Assembly (NCBI GenBank): GCA_028718605.1
Contig: JAQULM010000002.1
Coordinates: 1,776 to 65,775, forward strand
Source: Patescibacteria group bacterium
GTDB taxonomy: Bacteria > Patescibacteriota > Patescibacteriia > UBA10025 > JAHIVO01
DNA length: 64,000 bases
Direction: 5' to 3'
The notes under the pieces are model-generated. The model was not told the origin of the DNA. It did not search any database and saw only the letters and a program-made list of their open reading frames with translations. The translations under genes and the position numbers were made by a program. Below are positions 38,160 to 47,657 of this stretch, piece by piece (within the stretch, counting starts at the first letter, position 1; each line of letters opens with the position of its first letter).

Positions 38160-38194
38160 AAAAAGCCCAGCATGATGCATGCCGGGCTTTTTGT
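38160..38194. terminator. Bidirectional intrinsic terminator between glnA and the convergent gene
   Basis: AAAA-AGCCCAGCATG-atg-CATGCCGGGCT-TTTTT. Confidence 0.55.
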
Positions 38195-38213
38195 ATTATT
38201 ACTCGATATTTCT

Positions 38214-38741
38214 TTATGCTGCCATACTGAGTCTTTCCTGTTGTGCATTCGTGCCCTTGGCGATCGCATCATAAAACTCGGCGCAAGGAGTTTTCGGGGC
38301 CATTGCTTTCCGCTGGGATATGCTCACCCAGAAATCACGGGCACCCTTTGCTTGTCGTGCTTCAGCCATCAGCTGGTTGAATAATCGATCTTGTTCGCCA
38401 TGCACCGTGACGCCTCCTTGTTCGAGTACATTGCGCAGCGTATCGATGAGTGAACGGATTTCTGGGCTATGCTCATAGATTCTCAAAACTGTCCATTCCT
38501 CACCCCGGTAGTACTTGCGCATCGTATCGTAGAATTGCTCGAGATCACCCTTCCACGATTCAAATAGTGCCTCTGCATCGAGAGGACCCTCAACGCTCGC
38601 TTCTTGCTTTTCAGCAATCGTGTGCCTCCTATCATCTGGCGCCTGCTTGTCAGTATCCCCGCGGACCGGACTACCAGACCGTCCTGTGCCGTCTTCCGCG
38701 ACAAACATATCGTCCTGCTCCTGGCGTTCGTGCATTGCCAT
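38214..38741 (-). CDS. Hypothetical acidic protein (175 aa)
   Basis: ORF with terminator downstream; no motif recognised. Confidence 0.35.
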   Translation of the reverse strand: MAMHERQEQDDMFVAEDGTGRSGSPVRGDTDKQAPDDRRHTIAEKQEASVEGPLDAEALFESWKGDLEQFYDTMRKYYRGEEWTVLRIYEHSPEIRSLIDTLRNVLEQGGVTVHGEQDRLFNQLMAEARQAKGARDFWVSISQRKAMAPKTPCAEFYDAIAKGTNAQQERLSMAA

Positions 38742-38762
38742 ATGCGTGATTTTATATAATGA

Positions 38763-40103
38763 TTATCCCGCAGCTTCTTCAAGAGTCGCCTGAATTGATT
38801 TTTCTTCACCGTCATGCATAATCTTGAGGCTAACGACGTCGCCAGGGTCATACTTCTGGAGTTCTCCAGCGAGGCTGTGATCATCATCAATCCGCTGGCC
38901 GTCGATTTCCAAGATAATATCGTTCTCGACAAGGCCCGCTTTATCAGCCGGGCTCCCTGATACGATCGCAAGTTCGCCGACACTGTCGCCGCGCACGATC
39001 AGTGCGCCATAATTCACCGATAGGTTGTTTTGTTTGGCAATTTCCTCGTTAATGATAATATACCGCACGCCAAGATATGGCCGTACAATTTTACCGAACT
39101 CCTCCACGCTCGCGATTGCCTTCTTGGCCTGATTGATCGGGATTGCGAATCCGATTAACTGCCCCTCCCGGCTGATCGCGGTATTTATGCCAATGACTTG
39201 GCCATCCAAATTCAGCAGTGGGCCACCCGAATTGCCGGAATTGATTGACGCGTCAGTCTGAATAATATCTTCAAGGGTTTCGGCGCTTCCCTGCCCGTCG
39301 CTCGCGTTGATCGTACGAGACAATCCCGAGACGACGCCTCGCGTAACGGTGTTCTGGTATTGGCCGAGGGAATTGCCGATCGCGATGACCGTTTGGCCGA
39401 TCTGTAAAGCATCGGAATCTCCGAGCTGAACAACCGGCAAGTTGTTCGCGTCAATTTTTATCAGTGCAATGTCATTGAATGGATCCTCGTCGATGACGGT
39501 TGCAGTATATTCTGTCTGGTCGTTCATGACGACCGTATATTCAGCCCCCTCGGTCGAAACAACGTGCTTATTCGTCAGGATCATGCCGTCAGCCGAAACA
39601 ATAAAACCGGTACCTGCCCCTACCTGCTGCATGCCCTGGGATTCTTGCTGGTCAGACGGGGTGCCAAAAATATTGAAGGGAAACTGCCCGGAACCGGTCA
39701 TCCCATAAATTTTGCTCAAATCCTGAGAAATGACAATGCTGACAACTGCAGGACTGGCTTTTTTTACGACATCGATCGTTGCTGAATTTTCCTGAACCGT
39801 GATACTCTTTATATCACCCGCCAGCACTGACTGTGCGGCTGCCTTTACGGACGAATTTGCGGACTCCTCGCTACCAAATACATTCTCCCGAACCCACGCA
39901 GCGGCATCCTGGTCAGTCGCCATCCACGCAGCGAACACGGCGCCTGATAACCCACTGATAAGAATACTGACAATTACTACTCCGATAATAATTCGTGGCA
40001 CAGATTGCACTGGGCCTGCGTGTGCTGGCATGCCGCGAGAACCCGGACTCTGCTCACTGAGTACTGAACTTGGATTTGCTGATTTCTTGCTGAGAATAGC
40101 CAT
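38763..40103 (-). CDS. htrA: HtrA/DegP-family serine protease with PDZ domain
   Basis: GNSGGPLLNLDGQVIGINTAI (catalytic Ser), His/Asp regions, C-terminal PDZ; N-terminal TM; start uncertain (40166/40103/40031). Confidence 0.75.
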   Translation of the reverse strand: MAILSKKSANPSSVLSEQSPGSRGMPAHAGPVQSVPRIIIGVVIVSILISGLSGAVFAAWMATDQDAAAWVRENVFGSEESANSSVKAAAQSVLAGDIKSITVQENSATIDVVKKASPAVVSIVISQDLSKIYGMTGSGQFPFNIFGTPSDQQESQGMQQVGAGTGFIVSADGMILTNKHVVSTEGAEYTVVMNDQTEYTATVIDEDPFNDIALIKIDANNLPVVQLGDSDALQIGQTVIAIGNSLGQYQNTVTRGVVSGLSRTINASDGQGSAETLEDIIQTDASINSGNSGGPLLNLDGQVIGINTAISREGQLIGFAIPINQAKKAIASVEEFGKIVRPYLGVRYIIINEEIAKQNNLSVNYGALIVRGDSVGELAIVSGSPADKAGLVENDIILEIDGQRIDDDHSLAGELQKYDPGDVVSLKIMHDGEEKSIQATLEEAAG

Positions 40104-40232
40104 ACGCACTATGATAAATGATAAGCTGCATACTATATTATGCGGCGAATTTTTACCCCATGTCAATACGTGAAAAACTATAAAAAAACAGGGAATGAGC
40201 CTGTGAACGAGCTTTTGTACACTCTGAGTACG

Positions 40233-41153
40233 CTATGATGTGAAAATCGTGTGAAGATCAACGATTTCAAATCCCTTTGCCTTTAGCTGTGTGATAATAT
40301 CGGGTAAAATTTCCGCTGTTGTTGAGTTGGCTGCCTGCATTAATATTATTGAACCATTGCCCACGGTTGAGAGAATCCGCTCCTTGGATTGTTGTGCCGT
40401 ATAGTCCGATGACCAATCCATGGCATCAACCGTCCACGTGATAGGACAGTACCCCGCTTCTTTCACGGCCGTAACCACATCTTCGTCCGCTTCGCCATAG
40501 GGCGGGCGGAAAAATGGTTTTGTGGTTTTACCAGTCTTCGCTGATACTGCAGTTTCAGTTTTTGCGAGCTGTTCCGCAATCCCGCTCTCGGGCATATCAT
40601 TGAAATGCGGGTGGTTATAGCTCAAATTATATACGGGATGCCCTGCGTTACTGATCTTTACTATTAAATCCGGATTATTCTCCGCAACGTCACCCCGCGC
40701 AAAAAAGCTCGCGGGCGTATCGTTCGTAGTAAGCGCGTCAAGTACTGTTTGCAATTGCCCTTCTTTGGCCGTACCGACATTAAACGTCAGGCTGACCCGC
40801 TTTTGAGCAGTCTTTCCCCGGGAAAGGACGCCGGTGCATCCGGTAAGATCAAAATCATCGGCGCCAGCCATGTCGACGGTAGTATTAGTATTAACATTTG
40901 AGTTCGCGGCACTATTTATATTGCTATTTGCGTCTTGATTGGTACCAGTCGTGTTAGTCTGCTCAGTAGCAAATGCATTCGAATTCGGCAATACGGATTC
41001 GACCTCCTGAGTACCGCTAAAAACTGACCGGCCAATCAAATATACTACAAAAACAATGCCAACAAGAATCAAGCCATTGAGGATCCGGGATTTCGAGATG
41101 GTCCGCCGCGGTCGGTACCGCTGGTACTGCTGGGATTGACGGTATGGTTGCAT
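40233..41153 (-). CDS. Polysaccharide deacetylase (CE4, NodB homology) with TM anchor
   Basis: FFRPPYGEADEDVV, TFNVGTA..., HPxxH-like region; N-terminal TM. Confidence 0.7.
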   Translation of the reverse strand: MQPYRQSQQYQRYRPRRTISKSRILNGLILVGIVFVVYLIGRSVFSGTQEVESVLPNSNAFATEQTNTTGTNQDANSNINSAANSNVNTNTTVDMAGADDFDLTGCTGVLSRGKTAQKRVSLTFNVGTAKEGQLQTVLDALTTNDTPASFFARGDVAENNPDLIVKISNAGHPVYNLSYNHPHFNDMPESGIAEQLAKTETAVSAKTGKTTKPFFRPPYGEADEDVVTAVKEAGYCPITWTVDAMDWSSDYTAQQSKERILSTVGNGSIILMQAANSTTAEILPDIITQLKAKGFEIVDLHTIFTS

Positions 41154-41266
41154 ACGTAGATCAATCAGACTTTGCTTGGTACTAGTATATCAAAAAAGGA
41201 ATGAAAAATAAAGACGCTCGCCTCGCGTTCATCCGCATGCGCCCGCAAAGAGGGATCTATGGGGAG

Positions 41267-41749
41267 CTACTCGACTGCAACCGCTTCGTACCGCAGAAGG
41301 ACCGAGTCGCCGAACACGATGGCATCGCTGGTACTCCAGGAAGTTTTCCGTTCCCCATTAACATACAGGTTCCATGCCTTCTCGCCATCTTGGTTTGCGA
41401 AATCGCCAACTGACGCAACAGACATCCCCGATGCGCCCACCGGTAATGCGATCGGGAGGCCGAATGCTGATGCGGCTTCCCGCAACACTTCAGAAACACC
41501 GATCGTGCCGTTCAATGGCACCTCAGCAGCGAGCGTCGTCCCGAGACCGCGATCAATAACGACCCGGACAACTTGTATTTCGGTACCCGCAACAGTACCG
41601 CTGAGCCGCCCGACGACGATATCGGCGGACTGTGCAAGAAAATCCACCTCCTCGAAAACAGTAAAGGATACCGCCGTAATTAGCATCACCGCTGCGAGGG
41701 TAATCCCAAGGAGGCCGATTGTCCCACTAATTGTTTGGATGCGCTTCAT
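41267..41749 (-). CDS. Hypothetical secreted protein (possible DUF4430-like)
   Basis: Signal peptide; AWNLYVNGERKTSW...GDSVLLRYE. Confidence 0.3.
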   Translation of the reverse strand: MKRIQTISGTIGLLGITLAAVMLITAVSFTVFEEVDFLAQSADIVVGRLSGTVAGTEIQVVRVVIDRGLGTTLAAEVPLNGTIGVSEVLREAASAFGLPIALPVGASGMSVASVGDFANQDGEKAWNLYVNGERKTSWSTSDAIVFGDSVLLRYEAVAVE

Positions 41750-41789
41750 AGTTTATATAAATCAACCCTCCCTCGTTAATATTTGCTTC

Positions 41790-42263
41790 TTATTGTCCTT
41801 GCTTGAACCGTTCCCTGCCCAAGAGTTTCTTGAGCTCATGCTGGAACGTCTGGGCGTCCTTGAAGGAACGGTACACCGAAGCAAACCTGATATACGCGAC
41901 CTGGTCCTGCTTCCGCAAATGCTTCATGATGATTTCCCCGATCTTGCTTGTCTTAATTTCATCCTTTGCATTAAGCTGGATATCACGCTCGATCTGGCTG
42001 ACAAGCAGCCGGAACTCGTCCTGCGTAATCGGCCGTTTTTCGAAAGACTTCCTCAGCCCATTCTCCATCTTGGTCTTCGAGTACGGCTCACGCCTACCGT
42101 CACGCTTGATAACCGACAAATTTAAAATTTCAACCTCCTCATACGTCGAGAACCGGAAGGCGCATTTCAAACACTCACGCCGCCGCCGGATCGCCATTCC
42201 GTCATCAACAATGCGGGAATCGGTCACCTTGGTATCAGGATTATGGCATGCGGGACATCGCAT
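41790..42263 (-). CDS. nrdR: Transcriptional repressor NrdR
   Basis: MRCPACHNPDTKVTDSR...RRRRECLKC zinc ribbon + ATP-cone (KVAYIRFASVYRSF). Confidence 0.85.
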   Translation of the reverse strand: MRCPACHNPDTKVTDSRIVDDGMAIRRRRECLKCAFRFSTYEEVEILNLSVIKRDGRREPYSKTKMENGLRKSFEKRPITQDEFRLLVSQIERDIQLNAKDEIKTSKIGEIIMKHLRKQDQVAYIRFASVYRSFKDAQTFQHELKKLLGRERFKQGQ

Positions 42264-42386
42264 AAGAATATACTGCTCTTTATTGTATATCTACTTTACA
42301 GCATCAAACGAAGAAGCGCAACCGCATAGAGCACACGGTGCCTTCCGATGAACAAGGGCTCGCGATGGCAGCGCATTCTTGCGCCC

Positions 42387-43586
42387 CTACATCATCTTCT
42401 TCCTGATGAATGCGGGAATCTCCAGGTCGTCCTCTTCTTTCTGCTTCTGGGGTTCTTTGCGGACTTCTGGCATGGGCTGCCGCGGAGTAACAACCGGGCG
42501 TCGTTCGAATGCAGACCGCATCGGTGCGGGAGAAAACGCACTGTCGCGCTGATCACGATTTGAGGTTCCGAAATCTACTGGCTTGATCTTCTTGATAGTC
42601 TTCTGCTTCCCGCCGAAGCCTGTCGCGATGACGGTAATTTTTACACTGTCTTTCATCGAATCTTCGATAACAGAACCAAAAATTACTCGTGCATTCGGCT
42701 CTGCGGATGATGTAATAATTCGAGCGGCTTCGTTCACCTCATACATGCCGAGATCGGGTCCGCCGGTAATCGTGAAAAGAATTCCTTTCGCACCTTCGAT
42801 AGAAAGCTCGAGAAGTGGACTATCGATCGCCGCCTTCGCTGCATCAATAGCCCTATTTTCGCCGGAACCCCGACCGATACCCATGAGTGCCGATCCTGCG
42901 CTTTCCATGATCGAGCGGACATCCGCAAAATCGACGTTTATCAAACCAGGCACCGTAATGAGATCGGAAATCCCCTGCACGCCTTGGCGAAGAACTTCAT
43001 CGACGGTAGAAAACGCATCCAGAAGTGATGTCTTTTTGTCAATAATCTGGAGGATTCTATCATTGGGAATCGTAATGATCGTATCGACTTTATCGGAAAG
43101 CTCTCCCAAGCCCGAATCAGCGATCGATTTCCGCTGTGCGCCCTCGAATGAAAAAGGCTTCGTCACGACAGCGACAGTGAGAGCACCGACATCTTTGGCA
43201 ATATCGGCAATGAGGGGCCCAGCCCCCGTCCCGGTACCTCCGCCGAGGCCACACGTGATAAATACCATATCAGAACCTTTCAGCGTTTCATGAATCTCGT
43301 CTTGGTCTTCTTCGGCAGCTTTCCGCCCTAATTCAGGATCCATGCCCGCACCTAAACCACGCGTCGCTGTTTTTCCAATATGCAGCTTATGGGGCGCTTT
43401 CGAATGATGAAGTGCCTGGGCATCCGTATTTACCGCGATAAACTCTACGCCTCGGATTTTATCACTAATCATTCGGTCGATTGCAGCGCCTCCTGAGCCG
43501 CCAACACCGACAACCTTGATTTTTGCAAACGTCTCAATGTCGGGCTTAATTTCCATAGTATTCCGATTATTATTTTTATTCCTCAT
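42387..43586 (-). CDS. ftsZ: Cell division GTPase FtsZ
   Basis: GGGTGTG tubulin signature, [14 protein letters not shown]. Confidence 0.9.
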   Translation of the reverse strand: MRNKNNNRNTMEIKPDIETFAKIKVVGVGGSGGAAIDRMISDKIRGVEFIAVNTDAQALHHSKAPHKLHIGKTATRGLGAGMDPELGRKAAEEDQDEIHETLKGSDMVFITCGLGGGTGTGAGPLIADIAKDVGALTVAVVTKPFSFEGAQRKSIADSGLGELSDKVDTIITIPNDRILQIIDKKTSLLDAFSTVDEVLRQGVQGISDLITVPGLINVDFADVRSIMESAGSALMGIGRGSGENRAIDAAKAAIDSPLLELSIEGAKGILFTITGGPDLGMYEVNEAARIITSSAEPNARVIFGSVIEDSMKDSVKITVIATGFGGKQKTIKKIKPVDFGTSNRDQRDSAFSPAPMRSAFERRPVVTPRQPMPEVRKEPQKQKEEDDLEIPAFIRKKMM

Positions 43587-43611
43587 ACCGCGGCCATCAA
43601 CAAATAGTTCC

Positions 43612-44865
43612 CTAGGGAATTAATGACTTAAACCACTTCTTCATTTTATCGGTGGCGTCGGAAACAGCGGAAAATTTCGGCAGAGAGCCGCGTCGTCCGC
43701 CGGATTCGCGCTCAGCTATGCCCATACCCCAATATAAGAGTCCAATGGCCGTGGAAAAATTCGGATCATTCACTTTGTCAACCGCCGTTGAACCCAGATC
43801 GATCGGATGCCCCAGTGATGCTGGTAATTTAAATTCACGCTTCGCGACTTCGACAAGGCCAGGAAGTTTGGATCCTCCACCGGTCAAAATAATGCCCGCA
43901 GGGAGCAAGCCCGACCGGTCAATTTTTTGAAGTTCTTTATCCGCCATTTTAAATATTTCTTCACAGCGCGCTTCAATAATCTCCGCAATATGGCGCTGCG
44001 ACACCACTCCCTCTTCACGTGAATCGATCTCCGCAAGATTTATCTCCTGCCGTTTATTTACTTCGTCGGGTAGCGCAGAGCCATACTCCAATTTAATCTT
44101 TTCCGCCAGGTCGATCGATGTTCGGAGACCAATCGCGATGTCATTCGTAATATGACTTGACCCAATCGGCAGAATAGCGGTATGGAGCACCTCCCCTTCT
44201 TCGAATACCAGCAAGCTGGTCGTCGAGCCTCCGATATTAAGGAGCGCAACGCCGAGATCCCGCTGCTTCTTCGTTAATACCGCCTCCGAGGCTGCAAGGA
44301 CGCCAAGAACAAGGTCATCGATATCGATGCCGGTTCGATAAATGCATTTCGTCAAATTTTTAATCTGCGATGTCAAACCCTGGATAATCTGAGCGTCGAC
44401 CTCGAGCCGGATACCGGTCATCCCGACAGGATCCTTAATACCCTTCTGATTGTCTACCGTGAAACTCCGGGGAATGACGTGTAATATCTCATAATTGGGA
44501 GGAGTAGCTACTGCTTGCGCAGCCTCAATTACCCGTTCAACGTCTTCCTCCTTGATTTCCCCGTCGGATTTCGATACAGCGATCACGCCGTGGCTGTCCT
44601 GGGACGTGATATGGCTGCCATTGATTCCGACAAACGCATGTTCAACGGGGATGCCAGTCATTCGCTCAACACTCTCGAGCGAAGCCGAAAGTGCCGACAC
44701 CGCATCTTCAATGCTTGTTACTGAGCCCTTGCTGATACCTTCTGCCGGATGCTCAGCAGCCCCTAAAACATGGATTTTCCGGTCATGGGGATTAACCTGG
44801 CCAACGACAATCCGAATCGCCGTCGAACCAATATCGAGCCCTGTGAAAATCTCTTCCTTTGCCAT
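43612..44865 (-). CDS. ftsA: Cell division protein FtsA
   Basis: [22 protein letters not shown] actin-fold N-terminus, ftsA-ftsZ order. Confidence 0.9.
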   Translation of the reverse strand: MAKEEIFTGLDIGSTAIRIVVGQVNPHDRKIHVLGAAEHPAEGISKGSVTSIEDAVSALSASLESVERMTGIPVEHAFVGINGSHITSQDSHGVIAVSKSDGEIKEEDVERVIEAAQAVATPPNYEILHVIPRSFTVDNQKGIKDPVGMTGIRLEVDAQIIQGLTSQIKNLTKCIYRTGIDIDDLVLGVLAASEAVLTKKQRDLGVALLNIGGSTTSLLVFEEGEVLHTAILPIGSSHITNDIAIGLRTSIDLAEKIKLEYGSALPDEVNKRQEINLAEIDSREEGVVSQRHIAEIIEARCEEIFKMADKELQKIDRSGLLPAGIILTGGGSKLPGLVEVAKREFKLPASLGHPIDLGSTAVDKVNDPNFSTAIGLLYWGMGIAERESGGRRGSLPKFSAVSDATDKMKKWFKSLIP

Positions 44866-44935
44866 ATCGTGGATAAAAAATATATACCTGTATTATACGC
44901 TATCCTGTCCGTATATGCAAAAGTCCTCCCCAAGC

Positions 44936-45334
44936 CTACCGTGACCAAATATATGGGGCAAACACCAGAATGCCCACTATTATCGCTCCGGCGGACGAAA
45001 CAAGGACGGCGGCAGCCATAACATCCTTGATTACCTCTGCATAAAAATGGATGCGGGGTTGCAACATGTCAACCAATTTCTCAAAAATGGTGTTAATAAG
45101 CTCCAAAACAAGAACAAACATCATTACCATGAGTAAAATAATTGCCTGCCAAAGCGTTACCTTGAGTACCACCATTAACGCGATAACTACCATGCTGACC
45201 ACTATTTGTATTCGGAGGTTTTGCTCAGACTTAAAGACAAACCAGAAACCGCGGAAGGCATACCTGAAACTCTTACCAAGCTTGCGAATATCAACCAGTG
45301 ACATAGTATTTATATTAACGACGGAGCCATTCAC
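44936..45334 (-). CDS. dgkA: Diacylglycerol/undecaprenol kinase (DgkA family)
   Basis: ELINTIFEKLVD...HFYAEVIKDVMAAAVL; three TM helices. Confidence 0.7.
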   Translation of the reverse strand: MNGSVVNINTMSLVDIRKLGKSFRYAFRGFWFVFKSEQNLRIQIVVSMVVIALMVVLKVTLWQAIILLMVMMFVLVLELINTIFEKLVDMLQPRIHFYAEVIKDVMAAAVLVSSAGAIIVGILVFAPYIWSR

Positions 45335-45752
45335 CCTGAATGCGCTCTTGGATTTTATTCATCTCCCGTTCTGCCGAGTCCGTATGGTGGTCAAAACCAA
45401 CGAGGTGCAAAAACCCATGGACAAGCAACAGTGAGAGGCGTCGCCGTATACGAATCCCGTCACGGCGCGCTTCAGCGCGGGCTCGAGGGTATGAAATGAT
45501 GATTTCACCCACATACGAACCTTCAACATTCGGCAATCTCGCCGGGCCTTCCGGAAACGACAAAACGTTCGTTGCCCGGTTCTTTCCCCGGTACCTGCGG
45601 TTCAGCGTTCGAACCGCAGCTGAACTAAGAAATGCGACCGACACTGCGGCATTCCGGTATCGCGGGAGAATTTTCGCAATTGATGAAAAAACAGCTCTCA
45701 CCGCTTCGCGTCGTACCGGAAACCTACCCCGAACATGTATATCAACCCTCAT
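45315..45752 (-). CDS. ybeY: rRNA maturation endoribonuclease YbeY
   Basis: HGFLHLVGFDHHTDSAE (H3xH5xH zinc site). Confidence 0.8.
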   Translation of the reverse strand: MRVDIHVRGRFPVRREAVRAVFSSIAKILPRYRNAAVSVAFLSSAAVRTLNRRYRGKNRATNVLSFPEGPARLPNVEGSYVGEIIISYPRARAEARRDGIRIRRRLSLLLVHGFLHLVGFDHHTDSAEREMNKIQERIQGEWLRR

Positions 45753-45757
45753 GGCGC

Positions 45758-46954
45758 TTATGCTACCGTCATGCGTCCCGAGGTACTTACGCTGTTTGTG
45801 TTGGAGTTTGAGTTCGTGTTGGTATTTGTGGTGGTATTCGTATTTGTATTTGTGTTGGAGTTGCTGTTGCTGAACCAGTTAATATTGGAATTCGTATTCG
45901 AGTTTGAGTTCTTGTTGGAATTCGTATTCGAGTTTGAGTTTGAATTTGAATTCGAATTCGTACCCGGGACTACCGCTGCTGGCTCAAAACTCTTATAGAG
46001 CATTTCAAATGTCGCCGCGTAGTTCGCTTCACTCAAAACGGTCGTGCTGTACGTGATTACATACACGGAATCATTTCTCGTATAGTAGACCGTTTTCCCG
46101 TCAACGCTTTTAACGCCGGACAATGTTTTGTCCCAGTTCGCTACCGAGAGGACCTGACTCGCAACGACACCCGGCGATTTTGTCAGATACCAGTCCCGCG
46201 CAGAAATCCGTGCGGGGTTGCTCTCAATTGTCACCTCGACGAATTCTCCGTTCGGTGCACTGAACATTCTGCCTCCTGCGGTAATCGGGTCTTCTGCTGG
46301 ATCCCACGACGCAGGATACAAAAGCGCATACCCGTACTGGTCATTTAAATATCGGCGAACGGTACTGTAATTCTCAAGTTTTCCCGTTCCGTTTGGATTG
46401 TAGCCGCTCAGGACCTCATGCCCGTCGGAATACGTGTCCTGATCAGTATCGGGGTTATTCAGGCTCGTGCCATAAATCGCTTCCTCGATATCAGTCAGGC
46501 CGTCCAAGTCCGTATCCCGCCCGGTCGCAACACTATTAACATTCATGTTGGCATTGGTATTGACGGCTGTATTCGAGAATAAATTCGCAATAATCTGGGA
46601 ATTGCTGTTCCGATTCGACGTGCTATTTGTGTTCATGGCGTTGTTTGAATTGCCAGCATTTATGACATTCGCGCTGTTCGAGGAATTATTCACACGATTT
46701 TCGTTTTCACTGTTCGTCTCATCATTAGCCAAGGTTTCGTTCGTCGATCCACCGCCATACTTCTGCATCAGCCAAAACGCTCCTGCGCCAACGACAAGGA
46801 GAAAAAAAATTGCCACCAAGATAAAAAGGAGTGTCCCCTTCTTGCCGCCCTCCCGCGTATCTTCAATATAGAATTTATCCGGCATCGTGTGGATGCGCAC
46901 CTGCTTCGGCGCCCCCGATGGGGCATCCTTGGAATTGTCCGTCGGCTCTACCAT
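45758..46954 (-). CDS. Membrane-anchored secreted protein with Asp-rich Ca-binding-like motifs and Asn/Ser/Thr low-complexity C-terminal tail
   Basis: N-terminal TM; DTDLDGLTDIEE / DTDQDTYSDGHEVLSGYNPNGTGKL; tail NSNSNSNSNTNSNKNSNSNTNSNIN... Confidence 0.4.
   Translation of the reverse strand: MVEPTDNSKDAPSGAPKQVRIHTMPDKFYIEDTREGGKKGTLLFILVAIFFLLVVGAGAFWLMQKYGGGSTNETLANDETNSENENRVNNSSNSANVINAGNSNNAMNTNSTSNRNSNSQIIANLFSNTAVNTNANMNVNSVATGRDTDLDGLTDIEEAIYGTSLNNPDTDQDTYSDGHEVLSGYNPNGTGKLENYSTVRRYLNDQYGYALLYPASWDPAEDPITAGGRMFSAPNGEFVEVTIESNPARISARDWYLTKSPGVVASQVLSVANWDKTLSGVKSVDGKTVYYTRNDSVYVITYSTTVLSEANYAATFEMLYKSFEPAAVVPGTNSNSNSNSNSNTNSNKNSNSNTNSNINWFSNSNSNTNTNTNTTTNTNTNSNSNTNSVSTSGRMTVA
45885..45940. 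repeat. Perfect 30-nt tandem repeat (2 copies; degenerate copies through 45790-45960) inside coding low-complexity tail
   Basis: TTGGAATTCGTATTCGAGTTTGAGTT at 45885-45910 and 45915-45940 (period 30). Confidence 0.55.
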
Positions 46955-46983
46955 ACTATAGTTTATTTATTCTATCCCTTACC

Positions 46984-47616
46984 TTATTCCAGTTTTTTTA
47001 TTTCCTCCATCAGGTCATACAGCTTACCGCTCCCTTTCGGATTGTAACCGCTGGCTACTTCCGCTCCATCGGTATTGCCGTCACTGTCGGTATCGCTCAT
47101 GAGGGGGTTTGTTTCATACACCTTCACCTCGTCGCGATCAGATAAGTCATCCCCATCAGTATCAGCCAATAATGAATTTGTTTTTAGCTTCTTCTCTTCC
47201 GTATCAGTCAGGCCATCACCGTCGGTATCGTCTGTCGTGGTATCGACTACTGGCGCCGTAGACTCATTAGCATTGGGCACCAACGACCGATTTGTGGTTG
47301 CCGCCGTATTCGAAGATGCATTCGCCTGAGAAGTGTTAGCGGTCGTTTCCGTATTGGAATTCGTAAATACCCCCGACAGGAAAACAATTACAGCGCCAAC
47401 GATTATAACTACGGCGGCAACAATTAAAATCATCCACAGCGCGCGCGCCGGTTTCCGCCGTACAGGAAGGGGGGTGGTGCTCCCAGCCTGCGGCACTGCC
47501 GCAGGCCGATTCGCACGTGCTGCTTGGCGTTTGCGTACGACAGCTGGTTGCTGTTCGTTTACATCCTCAGTGTCTGCAAAAATATCCTCAACGTTTTTTT
47601 TCTTTTGTGATGGCAT
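46984..47616 (-). CDS. Paralogue of 45758-46954 gene: TM-anchored protein with thrombospondin-type-3-like Asp-rich repeats
   Basis: DTDGDGLTDTEE, DTDGDDLSDRDE, DTDSDGNTDGAEVASGYNPKGSGKL. Confidence 0.4.
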   Translation of the reverse strand: MPSQKKKNVEDIFADTEDVNEQQPAVVRKRQAARANRPAAVPQAGSTTPLPVRRKPARALWMILIVAAVVIIVGAVIVFLSGVFTNSNTETTANTSQANASSNTAATTNRSLVPNANESTAPVVDTTTDDTDGDGLTDTEEKKLKTNSLLADTDGDDLSDRDEVKVYETNPLMSDTDSDGNTDGAEVASGYNPKGSGKLYDLMEEIKKLE

Positions 47617-47657
47617 GTTTGGTCAATGAATGTATCACCTTTACTGAGCAAATTAAT

